From contig CAWHCB010000003.1 in NCBI GenBank assembly GCA_963827905.1, positions 3,005-67,004 of the forward strand: DNA of 64,000 nucleotides, written 5' to 3'. This DNA is from Methanomassiliicoccaceae archaeon. Lineage in GTDB: Archaea; Thermoplasmatota; Thermoplasmata; Methanomassiliicoccales; UBA472. Below are positions 12,214-23,081 of this stretch, piece by piece; the first letter of the stretch is position 1, and the number at the start of each line of letters is the position of its first letter. Made by a program: the position numbers and the translations under genes. The notes under the pieces are model-generated. The model searched no databases. It was given only the letters and a program-made list of their open reading frames with translations, and was not told the DNA's origin.

Positions 12214-12765
12214 ATGAAAAGCGGTGCAGGTGCCAAGGGAAGAGTTATTTCTGGAGCCAAGAAAGCCGGGAGCAAGTCCGCGACCATTTCTATGGTCGGG
12301 GATTCTAGCATCAAGGACGAGGTCCCGTTCGTCTCCGGTGGAGGCGCGAAACAACCAACCTTTGAGATCTGTTTCGACAATAAATGTACCACCTTGACCG
12401 TGGAAGACCTCACCAACGCCATCCGAAACGGCATAGACCGCGAGGGCATGCCGGAGGAACAGGCCCGGGGAATGGCCCAACATGTTCTGAACTTCTTTGG
12501 TTACAGCGAGAGGATCATCGACAACATCTTGGAACCGGAGGACCGGGACGCCTTCTATCAACTGGAGGACACCGGCATACTCACCACCGAGCGGGAGGAG
12601 ACCACCCTATACGACGGAAGGGAGTGGCGCATCCATTACTGGCTTTTCCGCAAGGAGCGCATCCATGAGCTGATAAACGTGGATGGCAGCCTGAGCGCGG
12701 GGAACGAGGACGCCTCGTTCGATTATGGCGAAGTGCCGGAAGAGATCTGGCAGCGCACCAAGTGA
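12214..12765 (+). CDS. Conserved Thermoplasmata protein (DUF6015-like)
   Basis: Intact 183-aa ORF with HVLNFFGYSERIIDNILEPEDRDAFYQLEDTGIL...EETTLYDGREWRIHYW; AT-rich promoter upstream and T-tract downstream; family name recalled, not searched. Confidence 0.7.
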   Translation: MKSGAGAKGRVISGAKKAGSKSATISMVGDSSIKDEVPFVSGGGAKQPTFEICFDNKCTTLTVEDLTNAIRNGIDREGMPEEQARGMAQHVLNFFGYSERIIDNILEPEDRDAFYQLEDTGILTTEREETTLYDGREWRIHYWLFRKERIHELINVDGSLSAGNEDASFDYGEVPEEIWQRTK

Positions 12766-12843
12766 TCGTTTTTTCATTCGGTCCCTGACAGTTTCGGGGA
12801 CCTCAAGGAAACCATATTGACGTTCATAGGGATAGCTCTAGAG

Positions 12844-14767
12844 ATGGACCTCTTCCCTTACCCTCACCGGCCTCACCAGACGGAGTTCGTTTCGCTGGTG
12901 GCGAGCACCGCGGCCAAGAGGCGCCACGTGGTACTGGAGAGCGGCACTGGGACCGGCAAGACCGTATGCGCCTTGTGCGGTGCGCTTCAGGAGGCGTTGC
13001 CCCAGGGCCGCAAGGTCCTCTACCTGACCCGGACCAATTCGCAAGAGAAGCAGGTCATCATGGAACTTAGGCGAATCGCGCAGAAGGCTCCCGTCTTCGG
13101 TCTGGCCATTCAAGGGCGCCAGGTCACCTGCCCGTTGGTGCGCCAGGACCCGGACCTCAAGGGCGGCAACCCCGAGGAGCTGGCCCGACTGTGCCGGGAG
13201 AAGAAGAAAAAGGCCATGCAGGGCGATGGCGGCTGCCGCTTCTTCGCCGAGACCATGGCGGCGGACCGGGACGCCATCGCCGCCTGGTGCCGCCAGCAGC
13301 TTCCCACCGCCGAGGAGTTCGTGGAATATTGCGAAAAGTATCGCTACTGTCCTCACGAGCTCATGAAGGAACTAGCGGCAGAGGCAGACGTGATCGCCGC
13401 TCCCTACGCCTACTTCTTCATCCCCTTCATCCGACATTCTCTACTCAACTGGATGAACGTCTCCCTGGAGGACCTGTTCATAATAATAGACGAGGCTCAC
13501 AACCTGCCTGACTACACCAGGGACGTGGAGAGCTTCTCCCTGTCGACCTGGACGCTGGACGCGGTAGGGCGGGAGATCGAGGAGTACGGCGACCCCGAGG
13601 TGCTGGAAGGAACGAGCATCCGCGATGTGCTGGTGCAGACCCGGCGTATGTTGGAAGAGGCGGTGCGCGACTACCTCATCGACGAGGACGGCCTCATCCC
13701 GCCCTCATTCCTGGAGGAAGGGCTTATGTCGGCCTTCACCACCTCCTCGCGCGGGCTGCAGGCGGCCGCCAAGATGCTGATGGAGCAAGGGGAGATCATC
13801 AAGGAGCAACGCACCATTGAAGGCCGATTGCCCCGCTCCTACATATTCGCCCTCGGCTCCTTCATAAATTATTGGACCAGCCTGGACGACGCCCTTTATG
13901 TCAAGCTCATCACTTGGAGGCGATAACCCCAGCTTCCGAGCCTACTGCCTGGACCCGGAGGTGACCACCTCGGTGCTCTTAGGGTCAGGGGGCTCGCTGC
14001 ATATGTCCGGCACCCTGGCCCCCTTGTCCGAATACCGGGACTCGATCGGGCTGCCTCGGGACAGCGTGCTCATGACCTTCCCCTCCCCCTTCCCACCGGA
14101 GAACCGGGCCATATTCTATCTGGACGACGTCACCACCAAATATGAGGAGATGGCCGCCGATGCGGACATGGTGCAGCGCTTAGAGGACCGGGTGGTGCAA
14201 GTGTGCAACGTCATCGGGCGCAACACCGTGGTCTTCTTTCCCTCCTATTCGCTAATGGAGAGGTTCATAGCCGACCGAATTCTGCCGCGCATGAAGCGGA
14301 AGGTGCACGTGGAGGAACGTGGCATGGCCCAGAACGACCTGATGGAGGTGGTCTCCCGCTTCAAGGGCCAAAGCGAACATGGGGCGGTGTTGTTCGCCGT
14401 GATGGGGGGAAGGATCAGCGAAGGTATCGACTTCCCCGACCGGGAGCTGGAGCTGGCCTTGATCGTGGGCCTGCCATATCCTCGTCCGACCGCGAAGCAG
14501 CGTGCCCTCATGCATTTCTATGAGACCCGCTTCCGCAAGGGTTGGGAGTACACCGTAAAGGCGCCGACCTACCGCAAGATGGCCCAGGCCATCGGACGCC
14601 TGATACGCACGGAGACGGACGTGGGGGCGGCCCTGATCATGGACAAGCGCGCCAAGCAGTTCGAGGAGCGTTTCGACCTCATCCTCAGCGAATCGCCGGC
14701 CAACGACCTGCTGCTCTTTTTCGAGGAAAGGGGCTCCAGTCCTCCCGGGCCGTCGAAAGTTTCTTAA
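12844..14767 (+). CDS. xpd: XPD/Rad3 Fe-S DNA helicase, one frameshift near 13915
   Basis: ESGTGTGKT, YLTRTNSQ, four Fe-S cysteines (TCP, LC, GCRFF, YCP), IIDEAHNL, SGTLAP, GRISEGIDF, QAIGRLIR. Confidence 0.92.
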
Positions 14768-14789
14768 TCGATGGGGGGAATCGGCCGCC

Positions 14790-15362
14790 ATGGACCTAAC
14801 CGAGGTCTTGCTCCTGATCTTCCTGGGCTTCTGGCTCATGCTCCCCGCCTTCCTGCCCAATTCCGCGGCTGTCCTGTTCGGCGGTGGCCTGCCCATGGAC
14901 CTCGGTAAGAGCTGGAAGGGCAAGCGGTTGCTGGGGGACGGAAAGACCTGGAGGGGTTTCATCGGCGGGGTGAGCGCCGGCACATGCATCGGCATAATCC
15001 AGTTGTTCATCGCCTACCCCTTTGACGCCGTGGAGTTCTGGGGCTTCGGCCCGGTGCCCGAGGCCATCCTGGTGGTGTTCGTCCTCGCCCTCGGTTCACT
15101 GCTGGGGGACCTGGTCAGCGCCTTCATCAAACGCCGATTGGGATTGGAGCGGGGCGCCAAGGCACCGGTCCTGGATCAGTACAACTTCATTGCCGGGGCG
15201 ATGCTGCTCGCCCTGCTCATCGTGCCAGACTGGTTCATCGGCGCGTTCATCGAGGGGGAGCACGTCATAAGTCTGATCGCGGTCCTGGTCATAACGCCGA
15301 TCCTGCATCGCGGGGTCAACATCATCGGTTACAAGAAAGGTCTTAAGAAGGTTCCCTGGTGA
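14790..15362 (+). CDS. carS: CDP-archaeol synthase
   Basis: LPAFLPNSAAVLFGGGLPMD, LGDGKTWRG, GDLVSAFIKRRLG, PVLDQ, NIIGYKKGLKKVPW. Confidence 0.93.
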   Translation: MDLTEVLLLIFLGFWLMLPAFLPNSAAVLFGGGLPMDLGKSWKGKRLLGDGKTWRGFIGGVSAGTCIGIIQLFIAYPFDAVEFWGFGPVPEAILVVFVLALGSLLGDLVSAFIKRRLGLERGAKAPVLDQYNFIAGAMLLALLIVPDWFIGAFIEGEHVISLIAVLVITPILHRGVNIIGYKKGLKKVPW

Positions 15363-15366
15363 GATC

Positions 15367-15897
15367 ATGAGCGAGAAGATGAAGCAGGCGCTGGTCGGGT
15401 GCGGGGCCATACTCTACGGGGACTTCACCCTGGCCTCGGGCAAGAAGAGCCGTTACTACATCGACATAAAGAAGGCCAGCACCGACCCCAAGGTGCTGAG
15501 GTTGGTGGCCGCCGAGATGGCGACGGAGCTGAGGCACAAGGGGATCAAGGCGGACCGCATCGCCGGGGTGGTGCTCGGCTCCATCCCGTTGGCGGTGGCG
15601 CTATCGTTGGAGACCGGCATCCCCTTCATCATGGTGCGAAAGGAGAAGAAGGACCACGGCACCAGCAAGCTCATCGAGGGCGCCTACCAAAAGGGAGAGA
15701 GGGTGTTAGTGGTGGAGGACGTGGTCACCTCCGCTGGGTCGGCGCTCTTCGCGCTTGACCTCCTTCGCTCCGAAGGCATGGTGGTCGACCAGGTCTTCAG
15801 CGTGGTGGATCGGGAGGAGGGCGGACGGGAGAGGCTTCGCGATGCCGGGACCGAGCTGACCGCCCTGGTCACCGCCACCGAGGTCCTGGGGCAGTGA
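15367..15897 (+). CDS. pyrE: Orotate phosphoribosyltransferase
   Basis: GDFTLASGKKSRYYID, RKEKKDHGT, VVEDVVTSAGS, VVDREEG. Confidence 0.95.
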   Translation: MSEKMKQALVGCGAILYGDFTLASGKKSRYYIDIKKASTDPKVLRLVAAEMATELRHKGIKADRIAGVVLGSIPLAVALSLETGIPFIMVRKEKKDHGTSKLIEGAYQKGERVLVVEDVVTSAGSALFALDLLRSEGMVVDQVFSVVDREEGGRERLRDAGTELTALVTATEVLGQ

Positions 15898-16433
15898 TGT
15901 CCACCGATCCGCGATGCCGCCGGTGCCGCCTCTGCGAAGGCCGCACCCAGGTCGTCCACCCGCAGGGAGACCAGAGCTCTCCACTGCTCTTGATCGGGGA
16001 GGGCCCCGGGGAGAAGGAGGACCGGTCGGGACGCCCCTTCGTGGGCCGAGCGGGGAAATGGTTGGACAAATGCCTCGAACAGGCCGACCTTAGGCGCGAT
16101 AGCGTGCTCATCACCAACACCGTGCGCTGCCGACCGCCGCAGAACCGCCGTCCCGAGCCTGACGAGATGGCGGCCTGCAGACCTTACCTGATGGAGGAGC
16201 TGCCCGGCCGACGTCTGGTCGTTCCCTTGGGGGCGACCGCCACCGAGAACCTGCTGGGAAGGCCGGTGCGTATGGGGGAGGAGGCGAACCGCGTCCGGGA
16301 AGTGGTCCTGGACGGGATCGTGATAACCGTAATGCCCACCTACCACCCCTCCGCCTGCATCTACAACAAGGAGGCCAGGGTGAAACTGGTCGAAGGCTTG
16401 GCCATTGCAAAAGAGCTCAGCGGTCTTGCTTGA
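15894..16433 (+). CDS. Uracil-DNA glycosylase family 4 (Fe-S)
   Basis: CRRCRLC, IGEGPG, GRPFVGRAG, TNTVRCRPPQNR, TYHPS. Confidence 0.92.
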   Translation: MMSTDPRCRRCRLCEGRTQVVHPQGDQSSPLLLIGEGPGEKEDRSGRPFVGRAGKWLDKCLEQADLRRDSVLITNTVRCRPPQNRRPEPDEMAACRPYLMEELPGRRLVVPLGATATENLLGRPVRMGEEANRVREVVLDGIVITVMPTYHPSACIYNKEARVKLVEGLAIAKELSGLA

Positions 16434-17102
16434 AGGTGCGGCGCTTCGTGAACAGGAAACGGATGTTCTTGTAACCGTCCTTCCAGGAGGACAGCTTCAC
16501 CTCTCCCACCCGGCGCCGGTATTCGATCGGGACCTCTCTGGCCTTGCCTTTGCGGAAGGCCTCGATCTTGATCTCCTCCGACAGGGCCATGCCATCCGAG
16601 GTCAGGTCCAATCGGTCCAGCAATGAGCGATGGAACACCCACATGCCGCTCTGCGAATCCTTGATCCAGACATGGAAGAGGAGGTTGGTGGTGAACGTGA
16701 GCGCCTTGTTGCCGAGGGTGTGCTTGGCCGACATCGCTCCCTCCTCCAACATGGCGAAGCGGTTGGTGGTGATGAAGTCCAGCGATCCGTCTGCAGCATG
16801 CGGGTCAGCCTGGGTATCTCCTCCGCCGGGTAGGTGCAATCGGCGTCCAGGGTGGCGATGATGTCCCCCTCGGCCTTTTCGAAACCGGTCTTGTAGGCCC
16901 GTCCATACCCACGACGGGGCTCTTCGACGACCACCGCGCCCATCTCCTTGGCGATGTCCTTGGTCCGGTCCTTGGAGTTGGTGTCTACGATCACGACGTC
17001 ATAGGAGAACTCCGTGCCGTCCAGGGCCTTCCTGACCGACTCGATCACTCCGCCTATTCCCGCCTCCTCGTTCATGGTTGGGATGATGACCGTGATCCGC
17101 AT
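16417..17102 (-). CDS. GT2 polyprenol-phosphate glycosyltransferase (DPM1-like), one frameshift
   Basis: VIIPTMNEE, SKDRT, RGYGRA, LDADCTYP, DSQSG, EVPIEYRRRVGEVKL. Confidence 0.88.
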
Positions 17103-17177
17103 GTCAAACACCGGGAACGCCCCCCTCCCGATATAAGGGTTGTTGCACGTTGGTAGGGAGCCGCTATCTCAGCGGCC

Positions 17178-17973
17178 CTATCGCCGTTCGTAAGGACCGC
17201 GGTCCCCGAATAGCTTGAAGGCCACGTAGCCCATCATGGCCACCGACAGCCTGGTCAGGGACCAGAAGGTCGTCTTCTGTTTGAACATGCGCAACGGGTC
17301 GTAGCTGGTCCACAGCCTACCATGCTTCATGGTGAGCTGCTTGCGCCCCGCCCCGTTCCAGAAGGCCTGTTTGTAGAAGCGGTAGAGGGTGGACTTGTGC
17401 CGGTGGTAGACGATGGCATTCTCGTTGTAGGATATGTTGAAGCCCTTGTCCACCACCCTCATGTTGAGGTCTATGTCCTCGGCGGTGATGAACCAGGGGT
17501 CGAACATGCCCGCCTTGATCACCGCCTCGCGTTTGAAGGCCTCGTTGCAGCTGGGCCAGGAGATATCGTTGCCTCGGTAGTACAGCTCCACCCGGTCCAG
17601 GTCCACCCAGGCGTCCAGACCGATGGTGATGGTCTTACCCACCACCACGCCGTTGCCCTTCCATTATGGTCTTGCGCAGCTCCTTTATCCAAAAGGGGTT
17701 GGCCAGACAGTCACCGCCGATGAACGCCAGGATATCGCCCTTCGCCTTCTCCACCCCGTAGTTGGTGCTCTCGCCTCGGCGGCCGGGTTTGACGTGCAGA
17801 CTGATGAAGGGATATCTTTCCACATATTTCTGCACGATCTCCCTGGTGCGGTCCTTGCTGGCGGCGTCGACCACCACCACCTCCATGGGCTGCTCCTGGA
17901 TGACCAGGGAGTCGAGGAGGTCGGCTATGTTCTTCTCCTCGTTCATGACATTGAGGACGACGCTCACCATCAT
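17178..17973 (-). CDS. GT2 glycosyltransferase, one frameshift
   Basis: VSVVLNVMNEE, VVVDAASKDRT, GMFDPWFITAEDIDL; the DxD position reads GGD. Confidence 0.85.
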
Positions 17974-18044
17974 CGGAAACGCTCTAGCATCTTGGCCGAT
18001 GGATATGATGATTTCGCCCCGCTTCCGCGGCAGGATAACCATAT

Positions 18045-19262
18045 CTACAGGACCTCGTCCACCCTCTCCTTGATGGCATCGATGACCATTGGGTCGTCGT
18101 TCCAGGCCCCTAGGTTCAACAGTTCCACATCGCTGCCTACCCTGGCCTTACGCACCAGATCAGGTATATCGCATTGGCTGTGTATCGCGTCGGCGCTGAT
18201 GGCGGCAGAGAAGTAAATGACCTTCCTAACCCCTTTGGCCACCAGCTCCTCCACCTTATCCTGGGGGGAAGGTTGGCGGAAGGCCATCCAGGCGAGGCTC
18301 ACGTTCTCCTGTTTATAGCCATTAGCAACGAAGAGGTCCATGACCTTGATCCGGAAGTTGTTCTCATGCTCCGTCTCCGTGGGGAACTCCCGGTCCCACT
18401 CCTTAGGTTGGCCATGCCCGACCAGTAGGACACCGACCTCTCCCCTTTCCGTCACTGGCACCACGCGGTCCGCCTTGGCAAGGAACGCCTGATGCAACTT
18501 TTCCGAGTTCCAGAGGGTACGGGTGTACCTGACATCGATGCCCATCCTCCCCAGGTCCAAGCGTCTCGACCTGGTGCTTCCCCTCCTTGGTATGGTTCGA
18601 GTCCGTGAGGAAAACCTCTGCCACCACCACCCGCCCGGCCCCTTCGTTGACCGCCTTGGCACGACACCGTCCACCCTTGGGTCCGAGTCCAGGAAGGACA
18701 GGTAGAACCGGGTGTCCTTGTCACCTTCGTTCCGGTATCGTCTCTCCAATTCCCGCATCATCCGTTCATGGACTTCGGTGTGGTTGCTCTTACCCGCCCT
18801 TTTGTATTTGGAGCGGAGGATGAAGAGGAAGAAGGGACGGACGAGGAAGGGCATGAACGGAACACCCTGCTCATCGAACTCCCTGAACTGGAGAACCCAG
18901 CTCATAGGTTCGTAGAACGGTGACTCACCGTGGCTGAAGTAGACGATGGCCGTGGGTCCGGAGTCAATACCCGTTTCGCGCGGAGCGATCGGTCCGGGGA
19001 CCGGTCTTTGGTACTTGATGCCTAACACGAACCGAGCCATCAGGCTGTAGCCCAAAAGGGCAAGGGTGGCAGCCAGCGCGATGCCGATCCAGATATCGGT
19101 TCCAGACAGTTGCGTGATGGCAAGGACGACTGTGCCCAATGAAAGGCTCATAAGGACCACGAACGGCATAACATATCGGGGCAAACAGGTCAGGTACTGG
19201 ACGAAGAGACCCCCAAAAAGGAATGAAGAGGCGGCCGCAAGCAAGAGCATCGAGGCGTCCAT
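18045..19262 (-). CDS. Membrane-anchored ferrochelatase/class II chelatase-fold protein (compensating frameshifts near 18565-18660)
   Basis: About three N-terminal hydrophobic helices, then AIVYFSHGE, YLSFLDSDP, LLVGHGQP, AISADAIHSQCDIP, AWNDDPMVIDAIK. Confidence 0.6.
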   Translation of the reverse strand: MDASMLLLAAASSFLFGGLFVQYLTCLPRYVMPFVVLMSLSLGTVVLAITQLSGTDIWIGIALAATLALLGYSLMARFVLGIKYQRPVPGPIAPRETGIDSGPTAIVYFSHGESPFYEPMSWVLQFREFDEQGVPFMPFLVRPFFLFILRSKYKRAGKSNHTEVHERMMRELERRYRNEGDKDTRFYLSFLDSDPRVDGVVPRRSTKGPGGWWWQRFSSRTRTIPRRGSTRSRRLDLGRMGIDVRYTRTLWNSEKLHQAFLAKADRVVPVTERGEVGVLLVGHGQPKEWDREFPTETEHENNFRIKVMDLFVANGYKQENVSLAWMAFRQPSPQDKVEELVAKGVRKVIYFSAAISADAIHSQCDIPDLVRKARVGSDVELLNLGAWNDDPMVIDAIKERVDEVL

Positions 19263-19445
19263 GCGGATTGAGGATGCCCGCCCATCACTATTAATGGTTT
19301 CGACTTTTATAATGAATGCCGTAATAATATCAATGGAAAAATGCTACGCCAGTTCGCATCGAAAGCCAGGTACAATCATTATCCGATAGGGCCAGTCAGA
19401 CGATAGCAAATAAGTATCAAAAGGGACATTCCAAACCCGGTCGAG

Positions 19446-19904
19446 ATGAAGCTGTTGGCCGAGTTCTATTCCATTAAGGACTGCAAGATCGGGGATGGCA
19501 CCATCGTGCGCGATTTCGTCAACCTTTATGGCTGCCAGATCGGCAAGGATTGCAAGGTGGCGGCCTTCGTGGAAATTCAGCGCGGCGTGATCATTGGCGA
19601 TAGGTGCAAGATCGAGGCCTTCGCATTCATACCTAGCGGGGTCACCATCGAGGACGAGGTCTTCGTTGGGCCTCATGCCACGTTCACAAACGATCTCCAC
19701 CCCCATGCGGTGGGCGACTGGTCCATAACCCCCACGACGGTAAGGCGCGGCGCATCCATTGGAGCCAACGCGACCATAGTGTGCGGCGTGACGATCGGCG
19801 AAGGCGCCACAGTCGGGGCGGGCGCCGTGGTGACCAAGGACGTCCCACCAGGGGAGTTGGTGGTAGGTAACCCGGCCAGACCGATCAAGAGGAGAGGTGA
19901 TTGA
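19446..19904 (+). CDS. Hexapeptide-repeat N-acetyltransferase (WbpD-like)
   Basis: GVTIEDEVFVGPHATFTND, GASIGANATIVCGVTIG, GAGAVVTKDVP, VVGNPAR. Confidence 0.9.
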   Translation: MKLLAEFYSIKDCKIGDGTIVRDFVNLYGCQIGKDCKVAAFVEIQRGVIIGDRCKIEAFAFIPSGVTIEDEVFVGPHATFTNDLHPHAVGDWSITPTTVRRGASIGANATIVCGVTIGEGATVGAGAVVTKDVPPGELVVGNPARPIKRRGD

Positions 19905-21003
19905 ATGGAAAGGATTCCAGCGGCGAGACCCACAGTGACCGATGAGATGGTGGAGGCGGCTGCCAACGCCCTGCGGAATGAGAAGATGGTGCTGGGCGAG
20001 AGCGTTTTCAAGTTCGAGGAGGCGTTCGCGCGGTACACTGGAACGAAGCATGCCATATCCCTTTCGTCGGGAACGAACGCGCTGCATCTGACCTTGGAAG
20101 GGTTGGGCGTCCGCGGCAAACCGGTCATCACCACCACCTTGTCGTTCGTGGCCACGGCCAACGTCATAGTCCAGGCCGGGGGCGTGCCGACGTTCTGCGA
20201 TGCCTCCCAGGCGGACAACAACATAGAGCCGACAAAGGTGCGCCAAGCCATCGGTCCGAGCACCTCCGCCCTAATGCCCGTCCATCTGTTCGGCCATCCC
20301 TGCGACATGCGGTCGTTGGGGGCCATCGCCGAGGAGAAAGGGCTCACCCTCATCGAGGACGCCTGCCAAGCACATGGCGCACTATACCATGGCAAGAAGG
20401 CCGGGGTCCATAGGCCACGTGGGCTGCTTCTCCTTCTACCCCACCAAGAACATGACGGTGGGCGGTGACGGGGGCATGATAACCACTGACGATACCGACC
20501 TGGCCAAGCGCATCGCCAAGCTCAGGGACTGCGGACGGGTGTCCCGTTACGTGCACGATGTCATCGGTTACACCTCCCGGCTCAACAGCAGCAACGCCGC
20601 CTTCGGGCTGGTCCAACTGAAGCATCTGGACCAGTGGAATGACAGAAGACGGGCGATCGCCAGGCTCTACACCGGTCTTTTGAAGGACGTGGTGGAGCTC
20701 ACCCCCCCGCCCATGGGGGACAAGGACGTGATCCCGGTGTTCCATCTCTATGCCGTGCACTGCCAGCGGCGGGATGTCCTGGCCCAGCACCTTATCGATA
20801 AAGGGATAGAGTGCGGCGTCCATTACCCCGTCCCCATCCATCTCCAGCCGGTCTACAAGGACCTCTACGGGTTCAAGGGCGGCGAGTTCCCGGTGGCGGA
20901 GAAGCTATCGCAGATGCTGCTCTCCCTGCCGATCTTCCCCACCATGACCGATGACCAGGTGAGGCGCGTGGCCGAGGAGATAAGACAGTTCTACGGGAGA
21001 TGA
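19905..21003 (+). CDS. DegT/DnrJ/EryC1/StrS sugar aminotransferase (WbpE-like), one frameshift
   Basis: SSGTNAL, PVHLFGHP, IEDACQAHGA, FSFYPTKNM, GDGGMITT, VHYPVPIHLQP, LSLPIFP. Confidence 0.92.
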
Positions 21004-21007
21004 TGGC

Positions 21008-21956
21008 ATGAGGCGATTCGAGGTCGGGGTGCTGGGCGTCGGTTATTGGGGCAGGAAGATCGTGGAGGAGTACAGCTCCATCCAGAACGTCAAGGTGAAG
21101 GCGGTCTCCGATCTGATGGACCGCAACCTGGAGTACTGCCGCGACCGGTACCAGGTCCCCAACCTGGTCCATGATTACAAGGAGGTCATCGCGGACAGCT
21201 CCATCCAGGCGGTGCACATCTGCCTGCCCAACGCGCTCCACTACCAGGCTTGCAAGGAGGCCCTGGAACGGGGCAAGCACGTCCTTGTGGAGAAGCCCAT
21301 CACGTTGACGAGCGAGGAGGGACGCAAACTGGTGGAGCTCGCCGAGGAGAAGAACCTCACCCTTGTCCGTGGGTCACATCTACCGTTTCAACAACGCCCT
21401 CGCCGAGGTGAAGAGGCTGTGGAAGGAGAACTTCTTCGGGCGGGTCTTCCTGCTCAACCTTACCTGGACCAATCTCGAGCCAGTGTTCTCCGACCGGGAC
21501 GTCATCGTAGACCTGGCCCCTCATTACTTCGACATAGTCAACTATCTCTTCGAGGCCTGGCCCCAGCGCATCACCTGCGTGGCCAAGCCCTACCGTCAGA
21601 AGGCCCAGGAGGAGGCGGCCTACATCATCAGCGAGATGCCGTCCGGGGCGGTCTCCCAGGCCCATCTCAACTGGGTATCGCCGAAGAAGGTGCGCCAGAT
21701 CGAGGTGGTGGGCGAGAACCGTTCCTGCACCATAGACGCGGTGGGGCAGGTGGTCACGGTCTACGAGAGCGGTTACACCTACCAGCTGGGCGTGGTTCGC
21801 AACAACACCATCCGGGACGAGCTCCTGCATTTCATCCAATCCATCGGCGACCCTTCCGCGGAGACCAGGAACAGCGGCTCCATCGGGGTCCGCACCGTGG
21901 AGATGATCGAGGGGGCGAAGGAATCCTTGCGGAGCGGGTGCTCCGTGGAAGTGTGA
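21008..21956 (+). CDS. Gfo/Idh/MocA oxidoreductase (WbpB-like), one frameshift
   Basis: GVLGVGYWG, HVLVEKP, VGHIYRFN, DLAPH. Confidence 0.88.
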
Positions 21957-21966
21957 GGGGGAGACC

Positions 21967-23069
21967 TTGCGCCACCGGGTCCTGATGCTCCTCTCCAACG
22001 AGTACCGGCCCGACGTTCGGGTGGAGAAGGAGGCCAGGGCCTTGGCCGACGATGGTCATGAGGTCACCGTGCTGGCCTGGGACCGAGGGCACAAACGTCC
22101 AATGGAGGAGGCCAAGGACGGCATCCTGGTGAACCGGGTGAGGACCAGGAGGTTCGATTCCAAATTCGGGCTGGCCTTCAACTATCCATTTTTCATCATA
22201 GCGCTCCTGAGCTCCTCCAGAGGCCGTCATTTCGATGTGGTGCACGCCCATGACCTGGACACGCTATTGGCGGGCACACTGATCTCCCGCCTGAGGGGCG
22301 TGCCCCTCGTCTATGACGCCCATGAGCATTATGCCGACATGGTGTCCCAGGACCTGCCTCGCGGCGTAGCGAGGATGTTCGACCTTTTCGAGAAGGTACT
22401 GGTCAGGAACGCGGACCGAGTGGTCGCCGCCAATCAGAGGATAGCCGAATATCTCAATGACTGGACCACCCGACCACCGGTGGTGGTGATGAACTGCATC
22501 GAGCCGCCGCAGGGGATGGAGACCAGACAACGGCGCGAAAAAATGGTGGTGTTCTACGGTGGCAGCCTGGAGCCGCTACGTTTCATAGAGGAGGCGGTGG
22601 CGGCGGTGCGGGAAGGCGATGGCACCCTCCTCCGCGTGGCCGGGGACGGATCGCTGCGAAACCTCGTGGAGGATGCCGCAGGCTCCGGTCGCAACGTGCA
22701 GTACATAGGGTATGTGGACCATGCCACACTTGTTGAAGGAGATGGCGCAGGCCGATGTGATCATCGCCATGCTCGACCCGAGCAACCATAACAACCGCAT
22801 CGGGACCCCGAACCGCATGTTCGAGGCCATGGCGGTAGGGACGCCGGTCCTCGTCTCCAAGGGCACCTTGAGCGGGGAGATCGTCGAGAGCGCAGGGGCT
22901 GGGCTGGCCATCGAGTGGAGCGTATCCTCGTTCCAAGAAGCGTTGCTAGCGTTTGGCCGACCCGGAGCTAAGGGCGAGGCTCGGTGAAAATGGCAAGGAT
23001 GCGGTCAAGAGGGAATACAACTGGGGCGCCATGCGGGCCAGGCTCCTCGACCTTTACCGATCGCTGTGA
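21967..23069 (+). CDS. GT4 glycosyltransferase, frameshifted
   Basis: PDVRVEKEARAL, VHAHDLDTL, YDAHEHY, PNRMFEAMAVGTPV, EYNW. Confidence 0.88.
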
Positions 23070-23081
23070 TGATGGTCGGTC

